From an uncultured Ignavibacteriota bacterium (GTDB lineage Bacteria; Bacteroidota; Ignavibacteria; UBA10030; UBA8401), in NCBI GenBank assembly GCA_903958625.1, contig CAJBTU010000072.1, positions 4,682 to 68,681 of the forward strand: a DNA stretch of 64,000 nt, written 5' to 3'. The position numbers and the translations under genes were made by a program. Under the pieces are notes generated by a model. The model was not told where the DNA came from. It ran no database searches and saw only the letters and a program-made list of their open reading frames with translations. Position 1 is the first letter of the stretch; each line of letters begins with the position of its first letter. Below are positions 9,625 through 19,863 of the stretch, piece after piece.

Positions 9625-11223
9625 TTACGCCGGTCTCCGCGGCGGCCTTCTTGTGTTACCCGGTTTTCTTCCTCTGCTTCCTGTGCGGCTGCCTGAAGGG
9701 CGGTCTTTTTTCAATTCTTTTCGCGGAAATATTTCGGTCACCGGTGTAAGCAACGTTTCGTCCGGATAGATGCACTCGATCTTCCGCTTCATAAATTCTT
9801 CCAGTTTCGGAATTTCGTATGAATCCTCTTCGTCCGCAAAACTGATGGCGATGCCGGTTGCGCCGGCGCGCCCCGTGCGACCGATGCGGTGAACAAATTC
9901 TTCCGCATCCTGAGGCATGTTGTAATTGATAACGTGCGAGATCGCGTCAACGTGAAGTCCGCGCGATGCTACATCGGTGGCAACCAGCACGCGCACTTTT
10001 CCTTCGCGGAAATTTTCCAGCCGTTTGATCCTCTGCCGCTGATCGACGTCGCCGGAAAGCACCGTGCAGGGTATGCCGTATGTCTCTAATTTTTCTTTCA
10101 GGTCGCGCCCCACATCGCGGCGGTTCACGAAGATCAAGACCCGTTCCAGATGTTTCTGCTGCATCAGATTGTAGAGAAGCGGGAATTTTTCGTCTTTGGT
10201 GGTGATATAGGTGATCTGTTCGATGGCGGAAACAGCCATCGTATCCGGAGTGACCGTTACTTCAATGGCCTGACGTGTCCACGACTCAGCAAGACGTTTC
10301 ACTTCGGAGTTCATTGTGGCAGTAAAGAACATGGTCTGGCGTTCCGATTTTTGCGGGGTACTCAGCACAATGCTTCTCACGGCCGGAATGAATCCCATGT
10401 CGAGCATTCTGTCCGCTTCATCGATCACAAGAAATTCCGCTTTCCCGAGATCCACGTATTTCTGTTTTTTGAAATCGATCAAACGTCCCGGCGTTGCGAC
10501 AACGATGTCGACCGTTTCGTGTTTCAAGCTTTGCATCTGCTTATTATAGTCGATGCCGCCCACCAGCGAGAGAACGGTGCACGGCGCATATTTTCCAAGC
10601 AAACGCGCATCTTTTTCGATCTGCATCACCAGTTCTCGCGTGGGCGCAAGGATCAGCGCCCGCGGTGTTCCCTTTTTTTGATCCTTGAGAGGATTGCGGA
10701 TGATATGCGAAAAAATTGTAATGAGGAAGGCGGCCGTCTTCCCGGTTCCCGTCTGTGCCTGCGCCGTTACGTCGTCCCCGCGCAATGCAATGGGGAGCGT
10801 TTGAGCCTGAACTTCGGTGCAATACTGAAAATTCAGATCGGCGATCGCATGAAGAATCTCCTGCGGAAGATCGAAATCCTGAAACCGCGTCTTCCCGTCA
10901 ACAACCGGCACTTTGAATAACGACGGATCCCACGGTTCGGAAGGAATGACTACTTTCGGTTTTTCCTTGGCTACCGTAAGAACCTGATCGTTCTCTTTTT
11001 CGCGATCCTGTTTTTCGTGACGCAGTCTGTATTCTTCCCGTGTTTCCCGCTTGCGAATATCCCGCGGATGATGTGTTCCCGCCGGCTTTTCGCTAGGATG
11101 CTTTTTTTGCTGGTGCTGGTGTTGTTTTGGCGATTCTTTTTGCGGTGTTGGTTTGGGAGGAAGAACCGGTTTCGGTTTTACACCGAAGAATGTCTTTAGT
11201 TTTGAGGCAAAATTCTTTAGCAA
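9625..11223 (-). CDS. rhlB: DEAD-box RNA helicase, RhlB-like
   Basis: Motifs AQTGTGKT, PTRELV, TPGRL, DEAD, HRIGRTGRAG and DMGFIP, plus a long charged N-terminal extension. The rhlB orthology rests on recalled similarity only. Confidence 0.8.
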   Translation of the reverse strand: MLKNFASKLKTFFGVKPKPVLPPKPTPQKESPKQHQHQQKKHPSEKPAGTHHPRDIRKRETREEYRLRHEKQDREKENDQVLTVAKEKPKVVIPSEPWDPSLFKVPVVDGKTRFQDFDLPQEILHAIADLNFQYCTEVQAQTLPIALRGDDVTAQAQTGTGKTAAFLITIFSHIIRNPLKDQKKGTPRALILAPTRELVMQIEKDARLLGKYAPCTVLSLVGGIDYNKQMQSLKHETVDIVVATPGRLIDFKKQKYVDLGKAEFLVIDEADRMLDMGFIPAVRSIVLSTPQKSERQTMFFTATMNSEVKRLAESWTRQAIEVTVTPDTMAVSAIEQITYITTKDEKFPLLYNLMQQKHLERVLIFVNRRDVGRDLKEKLETYGIPCTVLSGDVDQRQRIKRLENFREGKVRVLVATDVASRGLHVDAISHVINYNMPQDAEEFVHRIGRTGRAGATGIAISFADEEDSYEIPKLEEFMKRKIECIYPDETLLTPVTEIFPRKELKKDRPSGSRTGSRGRKPGNTRRPPRRPA

Positions 11224-11343
11224 GATAAAATTCCAATAATGAATCTAACGGTAATTGACTGCACTAATATACGAAATTCATTGTTTGCAAGATACTATAT
11301 TCGCCTCTCCCCGTTTCTCTTTACTATTGTCCAGACATGTTCG

Positions 11344-11372
11344 TTGAAATCAATCCCCCATTAATGTATATT
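11344..11372 (+). promoter_or_regulatory. Putative sigma70-type promoter of the S8 peptidase
   Basis: TTGAAA-17 bp-TATATT. Confidence 0.5.
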
Positions 11373-11398
11373 TCCTTAATATAATACGAGAGACGTTC

Positions 11399-13432
11399 AT
11401 GAAAACATTGTTCTTTATCTGTTTAGCAGGTCTTGCGGTTCTTGCTTCATCGCAGGAAAAACCGCAAAAATACTGGATCTATTTTTCGGCCAAAGAGAAC
11501 CTGCCGCTGTCAAAATCTTCCCTTCCGTCCGAGATCACCGCGCTGACGGGGGTATCCGAACGGGCATTGCAGCGAAGAGCGAAGGTTGGTCAACAGATGG
11601 TGACGTCCGAAGATTTTCCAGTTTCCGCTTCAAACCTGACACGGTTTACAGGCCTGGGAATTACAATTGAAAATACCTCGCGATGGTTCAATGCGGTTAC
11701 GGCTTACCTCACCGTTTCACAACTCCGGCAAATAAAAACATTATCATTTGTTCGTTCCATTGAACCGGTAGCAACATTCACGCGAAAAGAATTGCCGCCG
11801 GTAGAGTTGCCGATAAAAACTTTTTCGAAACAGGCCGCTAATAAATTTTCATACGGATTGTCACAGGCACACATGGCTTCGATCAATGCCATTGCTGTAC
11901 ACAACATCGGCATTTCGGGTCGCGGGGTTTTGGTGGGAATGCTCGATACGGGTTTCCGCTGGAAGATCCACGAGGCAATGCTCAATATGAAGGTCGTTGC
12001 CGAATATGATTTTATTCAAAAAGATAATAATACGGCGAACGAAGGAACCGATGCTCTGTCTCAGGATTCGCACGGCACATCGACCATGTCGCTTGTGGGA
12101 GCATACAAAATAGATCAGCTGGTAAGTCCGGCGTTCAGCGCAAATTTCATTCTCGGAAAAACGGAATATGTTCCGTCTGAAACAAATACGGAAGAAGATA
12201 ACTGGGTCGCGGCAATTGAATGGATGGAATCTCAGGGTGTCGATGTCGTCAGTAGTTCGCTCGGCTACAAAGATTTTGATGCCGGGCAGAAGAGTTACGT
12301 GTATGCCGACATGAACGGCAGAACCGCAACAACATCAAAAGCGGCAACCATCGCCGCGCGCAAGGGAGTTGTTGTTGTCAATGCAATGGGAAATGAAGGG
12401 GCTGGTCTCAATCCGCCGTCATTGACAACACCGGCTGATGCGGACAGTATTATTTCTGTCGGCGCAGTGAGCGGCACCGGAATTTTGGCAGGATTCAGCT
12501 CCAACGGACCGACTTCAGACGGAAGGATGAAGCCGGATGTGATGGCGCACGGCATTGGAACATACGCCGCAACGCCAAGCACCAATAAGTATTCAGGCTC
12601 TTCGCAGGGCACATCGCTTTCCACTCCGCTTGTGGCCGGAGTCGCGGCAATGATCCTATCCGCACATCCCGAGCTGACGCCGATACAGGTACGCGATGCA
12701 CTGCGAAACAGTGCAAGCAACGCCACAAAACCGAACAACGATATCGGCTGGGGAATTATTGATGCGTACAAAGCAGTGCTAAGCAGCGGAATGGCGATCA
12801 GCACTGATCCGGAAATTTCGCTGACACAAGACAGCAATTTTTCCATCGGGGTGTTCGTCGTCTCAAAATCGACCGTAAAAAAAGATTCGGTACGTCTTTA
12901 TTATACGACGAATGATGGAGTCACTTTCACGCCGCTAACAATGACGTTAAGCGAAATCGTTGATTCGTCGACGAACTCGGGCAGGTATTCCGCGGTGATG
13001 CCAAAATCAGCGGTAACTCCGCGCTTTTATGTTCGCGCCGTTGATGCAACAAATATTTCCCGCAGAAGTCCTTTTGCGGCGCCGACAGAACTGTACGATG
13101 CAAAGACGGGAACAACCGGAACGATGTCCGTAAATCCTGTTCCGTCAACATATACGCTTCGGCAGAACTACCCCAATCCTTTCAATCCGGTCACGATGAT
13201 AAGTTATGATATTCCCAGAACAAGCAGCGTCACGCTTACAGTGTACGATCTGCTCGGACGGGAAGTAACTACTTTGGTGAACGAGGTGAAAACATTCGGA
13301 AGATATTCTGTTCCGTTCAACGGCACCGGTCTTGCCAGCGGTGTTTATTTTTACCGGCTGCAGACACGCCAAACAGACGGAAGAATAACCGATAATTTTG
13401 TGGAAACAAAACGAATGATGCTGGTGAAATAA
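11399..13432 (+). CDS. Secreted S8 subtilisin-like peptidase with C-terminal T9SS-type sorting domain
   Basis: Catalytic triad motifs MLDTG, SHGTS and GTSLSTP, a signal peptide, and the C-terminal NYPNPFNP...YDLLGREV...SGVYFYRL...KRMMLVK tail. Confidence 0.9.
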   Translation: MKTLFFICLAGLAVLASSQEKPQKYWIYFSAKENLPLSKSSLPSEITALTGVSERALQRRAKVGQQMVTSEDFPVSASNLTRFTGLGITIENTSRWFNAVTAYLTVSQLRQIKTLSFVRSIEPVATFTRKELPPVELPIKTFSKQAANKFSYGLSQAHMASINAIAVHNIGISGRGVLVGMLDTGFRWKIHEAMLNMKVVAEYDFIQKDNNTANEGTDALSQDSHGTSTMSLVGAYKIDQLVSPAFSANFILGKTEYVPSETNTEEDNWVAAIEWMESQGVDVVSSSLGYKDFDAGQKSYVYADMNGRTATTSKAATIAARKGVVVVNAMGNEGAGLNPPSLTTPADADSIISVGAVSGTGILAGFSSNGPTSDGRMKPDVMAHGIGTYAATPSTNKYSGSSQGTSLSTPLVAGVAAMILSAHPELTPIQVRDALRNSASNATKPNNDIGWGIIDAYKAVLSSGMAISTDPEISLTQDSNFSIGVFVVSKSTVKKDSVRLYYTTNDGVTFTPLTMTLSEIVDSSTNSGRYSAVMPKSAVTPRFYVRAVDATNISRRSPFAAPTELYDAKTGTTGTMSVNPVPSTYTLRQNYPNPFNPVTMISYDIPRTSSVTLTVYDLLGREVTTLVNEVKTFGRYSVPFNGTGLASGVYFYRLQTRQTDGRITDNFVETKRMMLVK

Positions 13433-13510
13433 GTGAATACACTTCTGTTCCGAAGCGAGTTGGGAGCAGGATAATTTGACGGTCATTTTTTCCGGCTAAT
13501 ATTTTCTCTT

Positions 13511-13538
13511 CCCCAAGCCATTGGTCTTGGGGGTTTTT
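13511..13538 (+). terminator. Probable intrinsic terminator after the S8 peptidase
   Basis: CCCCAAG...CTTGGGG stem followed by GTTTTT. Confidence 0.5.
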
Positions 13539-13557
13539 ATTGTACATTTGTTGCAGT

Positions 13558-15708
13558 ATGAATCTTACTTTTCAAACACCGCTCCCCCTTGTTTTTCTTT
13601 TTGTTATCGTTGCCTTTGCGGTCTCGTTTTATGTGTACCGGTACACCGTTCCGAAAGTCTCTACCGCAAAACGATCCCTCCTGATCGTGCTGCGGGGAAC
13701 GGCGTTGACGCTCATCCTGCTTGCAATCTGCGAGCCGCTCTTCCGGCTTGTTTCCATTGAAGAACGGCCTCCGGCAATCGCTCTTCTTGTGGACAATTCG
13801 CTCAGCATGTCGCAAACGGACGGCGGCGGAAGCAGGGAAAAGATCCTCGTTTCGCTGCTGCAAAGCGGTGCGCTCTCTGACCTTTCCCGCGCCGCAGATC
13901 TCAAAATATTTTCGTTCTCCTATACTGCGAATCCATTGGTCCCCGAATCACTGAAGGTGAACGGAGGAACAACCAATATCTCCTCCGCCCTGCAATCATC
14001 GCTGAAAACGATCGACGACCTTCGTGGAATCATCCTGCTGTCGGATGGAAATTACAATGCCGGAACCAATCCGCTCTATGATGCGGAGAAAAGCCGCCTT
14101 CCGATATTCACCGTGGGCATCGGCGATACGAACGAACAGAAAGATGTTTCCGTTTCGAAGCTGCTGACCAATTCCATCGGTTATGTTGATGCCGCCATTC
14201 CGGTCGATGGAACGATAAAGGCATCGGGCGTTTCACCTCGCACACTTTCCGTCTCGCTTTTGGAGGACGGGAAAAAAATTGCAGAACAGCCTGCGTCAAT
14301 TTCGGCCGCTAACGGTGTTACGGAGATATCGATAAAATTTTCCTATACGCCAAAAAGCGACGGCGTAAAAAAACTTTCCGTAGCCGTGTCGGGGATCGAC
14401 GGGGAAATAACGGAAAAGAACAATAGCCGTTCCGCATTGATAAAAATTCTGAAGAATAAAATGAGCGTCGTCGTCATTGCCGGTGCCGTCAGCGCGGATG
14501 TTGCCGCCGTCATGCAGACGCTCAATGCCGATAAAAATATCGATGCACCGCTCTTTTACCAGCAACCGAACGGGGAATTCAAATCCCAAAAAGAACAAAC
14601 GCAGGTTCAATCCTCGTTGACAAAGGCCGATGCTGTTATTTTGATCGGGTTTCCTACGTCTTCTACTCCCTTGTCATTCGTTCAGCAGTTCATGCAAACG
14701 ATCTCGTCGCGCTCCCTTCCGCTCTTGTTCATCGCAAGCAGAACGCTGGACCTTCAGAAGGTCCGTGCCGTAGAAAAACTGCTGCCGTTCACTGTGGCAT
14801 CGGAGCGAATGGACGAACAGATGGTTCTGCCGATGGTGCCGGAAAAAAATAAATTCCATCAACTGCTGAACAACGATGGTTCGCCCTGGGAGAAACTTCC
14901 CCCCGTTTTCTATTCGCTACAGACATTTTCCGCAAAACCGGAGGCGCAGAATCTTCTCTCTATAAAGATTCAAAATGTGCCGCTGACAAATCCGCTCTTC
15001 CTTGTCCGCAATATCGGGAACAACAAATCCGCCGCACTCCTCGGCTACGGTATTCATCGCTGGAAAGTACTTGCCGGTTCCACGGGCGAAACAAAAGATT
15101 TTTTCAATCAATGGTTCTCCTCGCTGATCCGCTGGCTTGCAACACGTGAGCAGGATAAGTTCCTGCGCGTTGAACCGTCGAAAGAGTTCTACTCGCAGGG
15201 AGAGCAAATCGATTTTTCGGGACAAGTGTACAGCGAAAGCTATCAGCCGCTGGACAATGCCGAGGTTACGGTTTCCGTCCGTTCGCAAAAAGGAAATGAA
15301 CATTTTGAAACAACGCTTTCGTCGATCGGCGCCGGTCTTTATGAGGGAAATATTGAGAATCTTTCCGAAGGGGATTTTACGTATACCGCGACGGCCTTAT
15401 CCAATAAAGACACCATTGGAACAACGCGAGGCAGGATCTCTGTCGGCGAACAGTCGGTTGAATTTGCCGAGACAAAAATGAATAAACCGCTTTTGAAACA
15501 ACTTGCTTCGGTTTCCGGCGGAGAATACGCCGATGCCTCCGCATTCGGTGTGCTTGTAAAAAAAATTCTTGTCCGGAAAGAAATGCAGTTACTGGAGCGG
15601 CCGCTGACAAGTGAATTCGAATTGTGGAACCTGCCGTCATTCTTAACGGTAATCGTTCTTCTGTTCGGCGCCGAATGGATTGTCAGAAAACAGAGCGGGA
15701 TGCTATAA
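13558..15708 (+). CDS. Membrane-anchored von Willebrand factor A (vWA) domain protein
   Basis: Two N-terminal TM helices, MIDAS elements DNSLS, T (GTTNISSAL) and LSDG, and a C-terminal TM helix ending EWIVRK. Confidence 0.8.
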   Translation: MNLTFQTPLPLVFLFVIVAFAVSFYVYRYTVPKVSTAKRSLLIVLRGTALTLILLAICEPLFRLVSIEERPPAIALLVDNSLSMSQTDGGGSREKILVSLLQSGALSDLSRAADLKIFSFSYTANPLVPESLKVNGGTTNISSALQSSLKTIDDLRGIILLSDGNYNAGTNPLYDAEKSRLPIFTVGIGDTNEQKDVSVSKLLTNSIGYVDAAIPVDGTIKASGVSPRTLSVSLLEDGKKIAEQPASISAANGVTEISIKFSYTPKSDGVKKLSVAVSGIDGEITEKNNSRSALIKILKNKMSVVVIAGAVSADVAAVMQTLNADKNIDAPLFYQQPNGEFKSQKEQTQVQSSLTKADAVILIGFPTSSTPLSFVQQFMQTISSRSLPLLFIASRTLDLQKVRAVEKLLPFTVASERMDEQMVLPMVPEKNKFHQLLNNDGSPWEKLPPVFYSLQTFSAKPEAQNLLSIKIQNVPLTNPLFLVRNIGNNKSAALLGYGIHRWKVLAGSTGETKDFFNQWFSSLIRWLATREQDKFLRVEPSKEFYSQGEQIDFSGQVYSESYQPLDNAEVTVSVRSQKGNEHFETTLSSIGAGLYEGNIENLSEGDFTYTATALSNKDTIGTTRGRISVGEQSVEFAETKMNKPLLKQLASVSGGEYADASAFGVLVKKILVRKEMQLLERPLTSEFELWNLPSFLTVIVLLFGAEWIVRKQSGML

Positions 15709-15891
15709 AAGCAATTGCAAAACGACGGTGTGTCAATATTTTTCGTTTCAATGTTGGAAAGTGTGAGCGTTATTAAAAATATTAGGAGCTTTCTCAAAAA
15801 CATTTTTTACGTACGTTTTGAGATGCTTCCGGTGTAACGCCAATTTAACCATATACTATCCCAAAATATTTAACGGCATTTTTCAATTATT

Positions 15892-16266
15892 ATGAAACGT
15901 TCCCTACTGCTTCTCGGTTCGCTTTTCGCCTTCTTCGGTGTGGCGTTCGGCGCTTTCGGTGCGCACGGTTTGAAAGCGATTCTTGCTCCGGATATGCTTG
16001 CCATCTTTGACACGGCCGTCCGCTACCAGATATATCATGCCTTCGGCATCATCATCGCTTCGTTTCTGGCGGAAGAGCATCGCTTAGCGGGAACAGCGGG
16101 ACGATTGTTCGGGGTAGGAATATTGCTTTTCAGCGGCAGTCTTTATGTGCTTTCGTTAACGGGAATTCGGTCGTTTGGAATAGTGACCCCGTTCGGCGGA
16201 TTTTGTTTTCTCGGCGGATGGTATCTTTTGTTCTTAGCCGCTTATAAAATGCAGAAGGAACGCTGA
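15892..16266 (+). CDS. DUF423 (YgdD/TMEM256) membrane protein
   Basis: Motifs GAFGAHGL, TAVRYQIYH, LFSGSLY and TPFGG. Confidence 0.9.
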   Translation: MKRSLLLLGSLFAFFGVAFGAFGAHGLKAILAPDMLAIFDTAVRYQIYHAFGIIIASFLAEEHRLAGTAGRLFGVGILLFSGSLYVLSLTGIRSFGIVTPFGGFCFLGGWYLLFLAAYKMQKER

Positions 16267-16476
16267 GATCTGTTTTCCTGCTGCAAAATTAAACGAATCC
16301 TTCAATGACTGTCGGGTTTTCAATCCTTGATGACGGTTGTGCAATTATTTCCGTATATTGTAATAATTAAACGATGGTGATAAAGAAGTTGCATCCGGCA
16401 CAGACCTCTATCGTTTAAAGACAAAGAATTTCGGTGATACAATAATCCTATAACGATAATAACGGAGGAACTACTT

Positions 16477-17220
16477 ATGATGCGTACGGCAAATCCGGCG
16501 TTGAACGACAAAACATTTGAACAAATCGGCACGGGTCAATACGCCGATACAATGACTGTACAGGGAACGGTGAATAAAACGGGCATGATGCTTCTGCTTC
16601 TTGTTGCCGGTGCCGCTTATACCTGGAGCTTGTTCCTCGAAGGAAACACCGGGTCTCTCTCGCTATGGATGATGGCCGGCGTTATCGGCGGAATGATTGT
16701 TGCGTTTGTCACCGTCTTTAAAAAACAGTGGTCTCCTGTTACTGCTCCGTTGTATGCCGTGCTTGAAGGTTTTGCGCTCGGCGGAATTTCCGCGATTCTG
16801 GAATCCGTTTACCCGAATATTGTAATTCAGGCGGTTGCCTTGACCTTTGGAACGGCAGGATGTTTGTTGATCGCCTACAAGTCCGGCATGATCAAGGCAA
16901 CAGAGAATTTCAAATTGGGCATCTTCGCGGCAACAGGCGGCATTGCGGTCATCTATATGGTCGGATGGATCATGAGCTTCTTCGGGACATCGATACCGTA
17001 TATCCATGAGAACGGTTTGATCGGCATCGGATTTAGTCTTGTTGTGGTCGTGATTGCGGCATTGAACCTCGTTCTGGACTTTGATTTTATCGAAAAGGGT
17101 GCGGAACACGGTGCCCCGAAATTCATGGAATGGTACGCCGCCTTTGGATTGATGGTAACATTGATCTGGCTCTATATCGAGATCTTGCGTCTCCTTTCAA
17201 AATTGAACAGCAGAAAATGA
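16477..17220 (+). CDS. Bax inhibitor-1/YccA-family membrane protein
   Basis: About 7 TM helices, with LNLVLDFDFIE and EWYAAFGLMVTLIWLYIEILRLL. A GGAGG RBS precedes it. Confidence 0.9.
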   Translation: MMRTANPALNDKTFEQIGTGQYADTMTVQGTVNKTGMMLLLLVAGAAYTWSLFLEGNTGSLSLWMMAGVIGGMIVAFVTVFKKQWSPVTAPLYAVLEGFALGGISAILESVYPNIVIQAVALTFGTAGCLLIAYKSGMIKATENFKLGIFAATGGIAVIYMVGWIMSFFGTSIPYIHENGLIGIGFSLVVVVIAALNLVLDFDFIEKGAEHGAPKFMEWYAAFGLMVTLIWLYIEILRLLSKLNSRK

Positions 17221-17227
17221 TTTCTTG

Positions 17228-17266
17228 TATCCCCGGGGCCGCAACGGCTTCGGGGATATTCTTTTT
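17228..17266 (+). terminator. Intrinsic terminator
   Basis: TATCCCCGGGGCCG-CAA-CGGCTTCGGGGATA followed by TTCTTTTT. Confidence 0.8.
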
Positions 17267-17374
17267 GTCTCACCCGTTGAACCATTTCCCCCTTTTTCTC
17301 GTCTAAATTGTAACATTGTAACTCCCTTCAAGTTTTTTTATCTTTCAATAAATAGTGAAAGGAATTATCGCTGT

Positions 17375-19084
17375 ATGATGAAGCGTTGCGTATGGTATTG
17401 TGCTACTGGAATCCTCCTTGTGATCGCCGGCTGCTCTTCGAGCAAAGAATCCGCTGAAACAAATGCTGTTCAGCCCTCCGAATCGCAGGAAAACGAGCAG
17501 AACCGCTCCACGGCGATGCAGTTGTTCATAGACGGTTCGCTGAAAGAAAGCAAAGGACAGTTTGCCGAAGCGATCCTTGATTATCAGGATGCTCTGCGGT
17601 TTGATCATGATCCTGCAATATTTTTCGCGATGGCGAAAAGTTATGCTCAGTTGCGTCGTTTTGCCCCTGCGGCAGAAAATGCGGTTATGGCGATACAACA
17701 CGATCTTTCGAAGATAGAATATCGTGACTTGCTTGCACAGATCTACCTTAACTCCGGCCAGTTTGATAAAGCGGCGATTGAATACCGGACCATTCTTCAG
17801 ATCGACCCGCAGAATGTCGCTGCAACCTTTACTCTTGCACAATTGCTGGAACGCGTAAAACCGCTTGAGGCTTTGGAACTGTATAATTCTCTTCTCGTCC
17901 GTCAGGGACCTACATGGGAAGTACTGCTCCAGATCGCGCAGCTGAATTCCGCTCTGCAGCGGTACGATAAATCCATTGAAGCGTTGGAACAGATGCAAAA
18001 GATCGATCCGGGCAATCTTGCCGTGAAACAGAATCTTGCCGAAGTGTATATCCGGGTAAAGAATTACGACAAAGCACGCGGACTGCTGAACGATGTGCTG
18101 GAAAAAAATCCGGCCAACATCATGCTCCGGGCAACACTGGCCGACGTTTATCTGCAGCAGAACGATTGGGTTTCTGCAAGGAAAGAATTATTCACGGTCC
18201 TGCAGTCCGACTCGCTTGATCCCGACACGCATCTGCGCATTGGCGTTGCCTTCTACGCTCAAACATTGAAGGACACGCTCGTCATTCCGGAGGCGATCAG
18301 TGTTTTCAAGAAATATGAAAAGAATTTCCCGGCTGATGCGCGGCCGTACGTGTATCTCGGCGTGCTGCACCGCGGCATTAAAAAAGATTCCGTAGCAGAA
18401 CAATATTTCACCCGTGCAACACAATCGTCAAATTGGAACGGTGATGCATGGTGGCAGCTTGGCTGGATGTATTTTGACAAGCAGGATTTCAAAGAGACAA
18501 TCAGCATTATGAACAAGGCAAAGCAGTACATCTCCGATGATTTCCGGATCTATATGCTGCTGGGTATCGCCTACAACCGCTCCGGAATGAATCAGGATTC
18601 CCGCGTGGCGCTTGAGCGGGCCGTTGAGTTGAATCCGGCAGACCTGAACGCTCTCTCGTCGCTCGGGCTCACTTACGATGCGCTGACGATGCATGCCGAA
18701 TCGGATTCTGCATACGAGCGGGCGCTGAGGATCGATCCAAAATTCCCCCTGGTGCTGAATAACTACGCGTACAGTTTATCGGAACGCGGATTGCAGCTTG
18801 AGCGTGCGGAAAAAATGTCAAAAGAATCCCTCGCTGCCGATTCTCTTAATCCGTCGTATCTCGATACCTATGGATGGATACTCTTCCAAAAAGGAAAATA
18901 TGCTGAGGCGCTGCCGAATATTCAAAAAGCGGTCGATCTGGGCGATGCAAGTCCGGTTGTGCTTGAACACCTTGGTGATGTATATGATAAACTGAACCGT
19001 GCGGACGAAGCGAAAAAATATTGGAAGAAAGCGTTGGAGAAGGACCAGAATAATTCTGCGTTGAAAGAAAAGGCTGCCCGGTGA
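17375..19084 (+). CDS. Tetratricopeptide-repeat lipoprotein
   Basis: Lipobox IAGC, many TPR units, and C-terminal motifs VLNNYAY, YLDTYGW and EHLGDVY. Start placed at ATG 17375. Confidence 0.85.
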   Translation: MMKRCVWYCATGILLVIAGCSSSKESAETNAVQPSESQENEQNRSTAMQLFIDGSLKESKGQFAEAILDYQDALRFDHDPAIFFAMAKSYAQLRRFAPAAENAVMAIQHDLSKIEYRDLLAQIYLNSGQFDKAAIEYRTILQIDPQNVAATFTLAQLLERVKPLEALELYNSLLVRQGPTWEVLLQIAQLNSALQRYDKSIEALEQMQKIDPGNLAVKQNLAEVYIRVKNYDKARGLLNDVLEKNPANIMLRATLADVYLQQNDWVSARKELFTVLQSDSLDPDTHLRIGVAFYAQTLKDTLVIPEAISVFKKYEKNFPADARPYVYLGVLHRGIKKDSVAEQYFTRATQSSNWNGDAWWQLGWMYFDKQDFKETISIMNKAKQYISDDFRIYMLLGIAYNRSGMNQDSRVALERAVELNPADLNALSSLGLTYDALTMHAESDSAYERALRIDPKFPLVLNNYAYSLSERGLQLERAEKMSKESLAADSLNPSYLDTYGWILFQKGKYAEALPNIQKAVDLGDASPVVLEHLGDVYDKLNRADEAKKYWKKALEKDQNNSALKEKAAR

Positions 19085-19863
19085 ACAGTGTGAGACACAC
19101 AAAACTCCTTCCCGTCATCCTCCTCTCCTTTTTTTTAGGATGCGCCACGGCGCCAAAAATAGTCGTCAACGATGCAATGACGGTAGATGAACTGCGCTAC
19201 CGCCTTCTGCAAACGGCCGATTCGTTGAAGGATTTTTCCGCGGAAGGATCGATCACGATTGTTGCGCCCTCCATGAATCAATCGGCAGGATTCGAGGTCT
19301 CCGCTCGCAAAACGGATTCGCTGAAAATGTCTGTCTTTGGTCCATTTGGAATCACCGTCGGCTCGGCATTATTTACTCGCAACGAATTCACCGCTTATAA
19401 TGCTCTCAACAATACTGTCTACCGCGGTGCTCCGGAAAAACAACTGCGCATGCTCCCGTTTGTCAAAGATATTCCGTTTGAACTGCTTGTCGGTTCACTG
19501 CAGGGCATTCATCCTTTTCGTTCAGCTTCCATAATCGATAGTTTTGAGACAGGGTCAGGGCGCACACCTTCGTTCACCGTTATCAACAACGACGGATCGT
19601 TCGACAAATTCAGGTATGACGAAAATTCAAACCGCATTACGCAGTGTATTCGGAGGAACGGCGACAGCAAGATTCTTTGGAGCGTCAACTACCGGTACAA
19701 ACGTCTTGACGACGGCAGCTTTGTCCCTGAACAGGTTGAGGTGAATGTTCCATCAAAAGAAACAACGCTTCTGCTGGATTATGCCGGCGTAACCTACGGG
19801 GCTATTTCCCCGGCATTAACAATTTCCTATCCTGACGATGCAGAGATCATCACAATAGAATGA
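19081..19863 (+). CDS. DUF4292-like lipoprotein (LolB-like fold suspected)
   Basis: Lipobox FLGC and a beta-rich sequence. Its position between the TPR gene and envC-like gene matches an arrangement familiar from FCB genomes. Confidence 0.6.
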   Translation: MNSVRHTKLLPVILLSFFLGCATAPKIVVNDAMTVDELRYRLLQTADSLKDFSAEGSITIVAPSMNQSAGFEVSARKTDSLKMSVFGPFGITVGSALFTRNEFTAYNALNNTVYRGAPEKQLRMLPFVKDIPFELLVGSLQGIHPFRSASIIDSFETGSGRTPSFTVINNDGSFDKFRYDENSNRITQCIRRNGDSKILWSVNYRYKRLDDGSFVPEQVEVNVPSKETTLLLDYAGVTYGAISPALTISYPDDAEIITIE

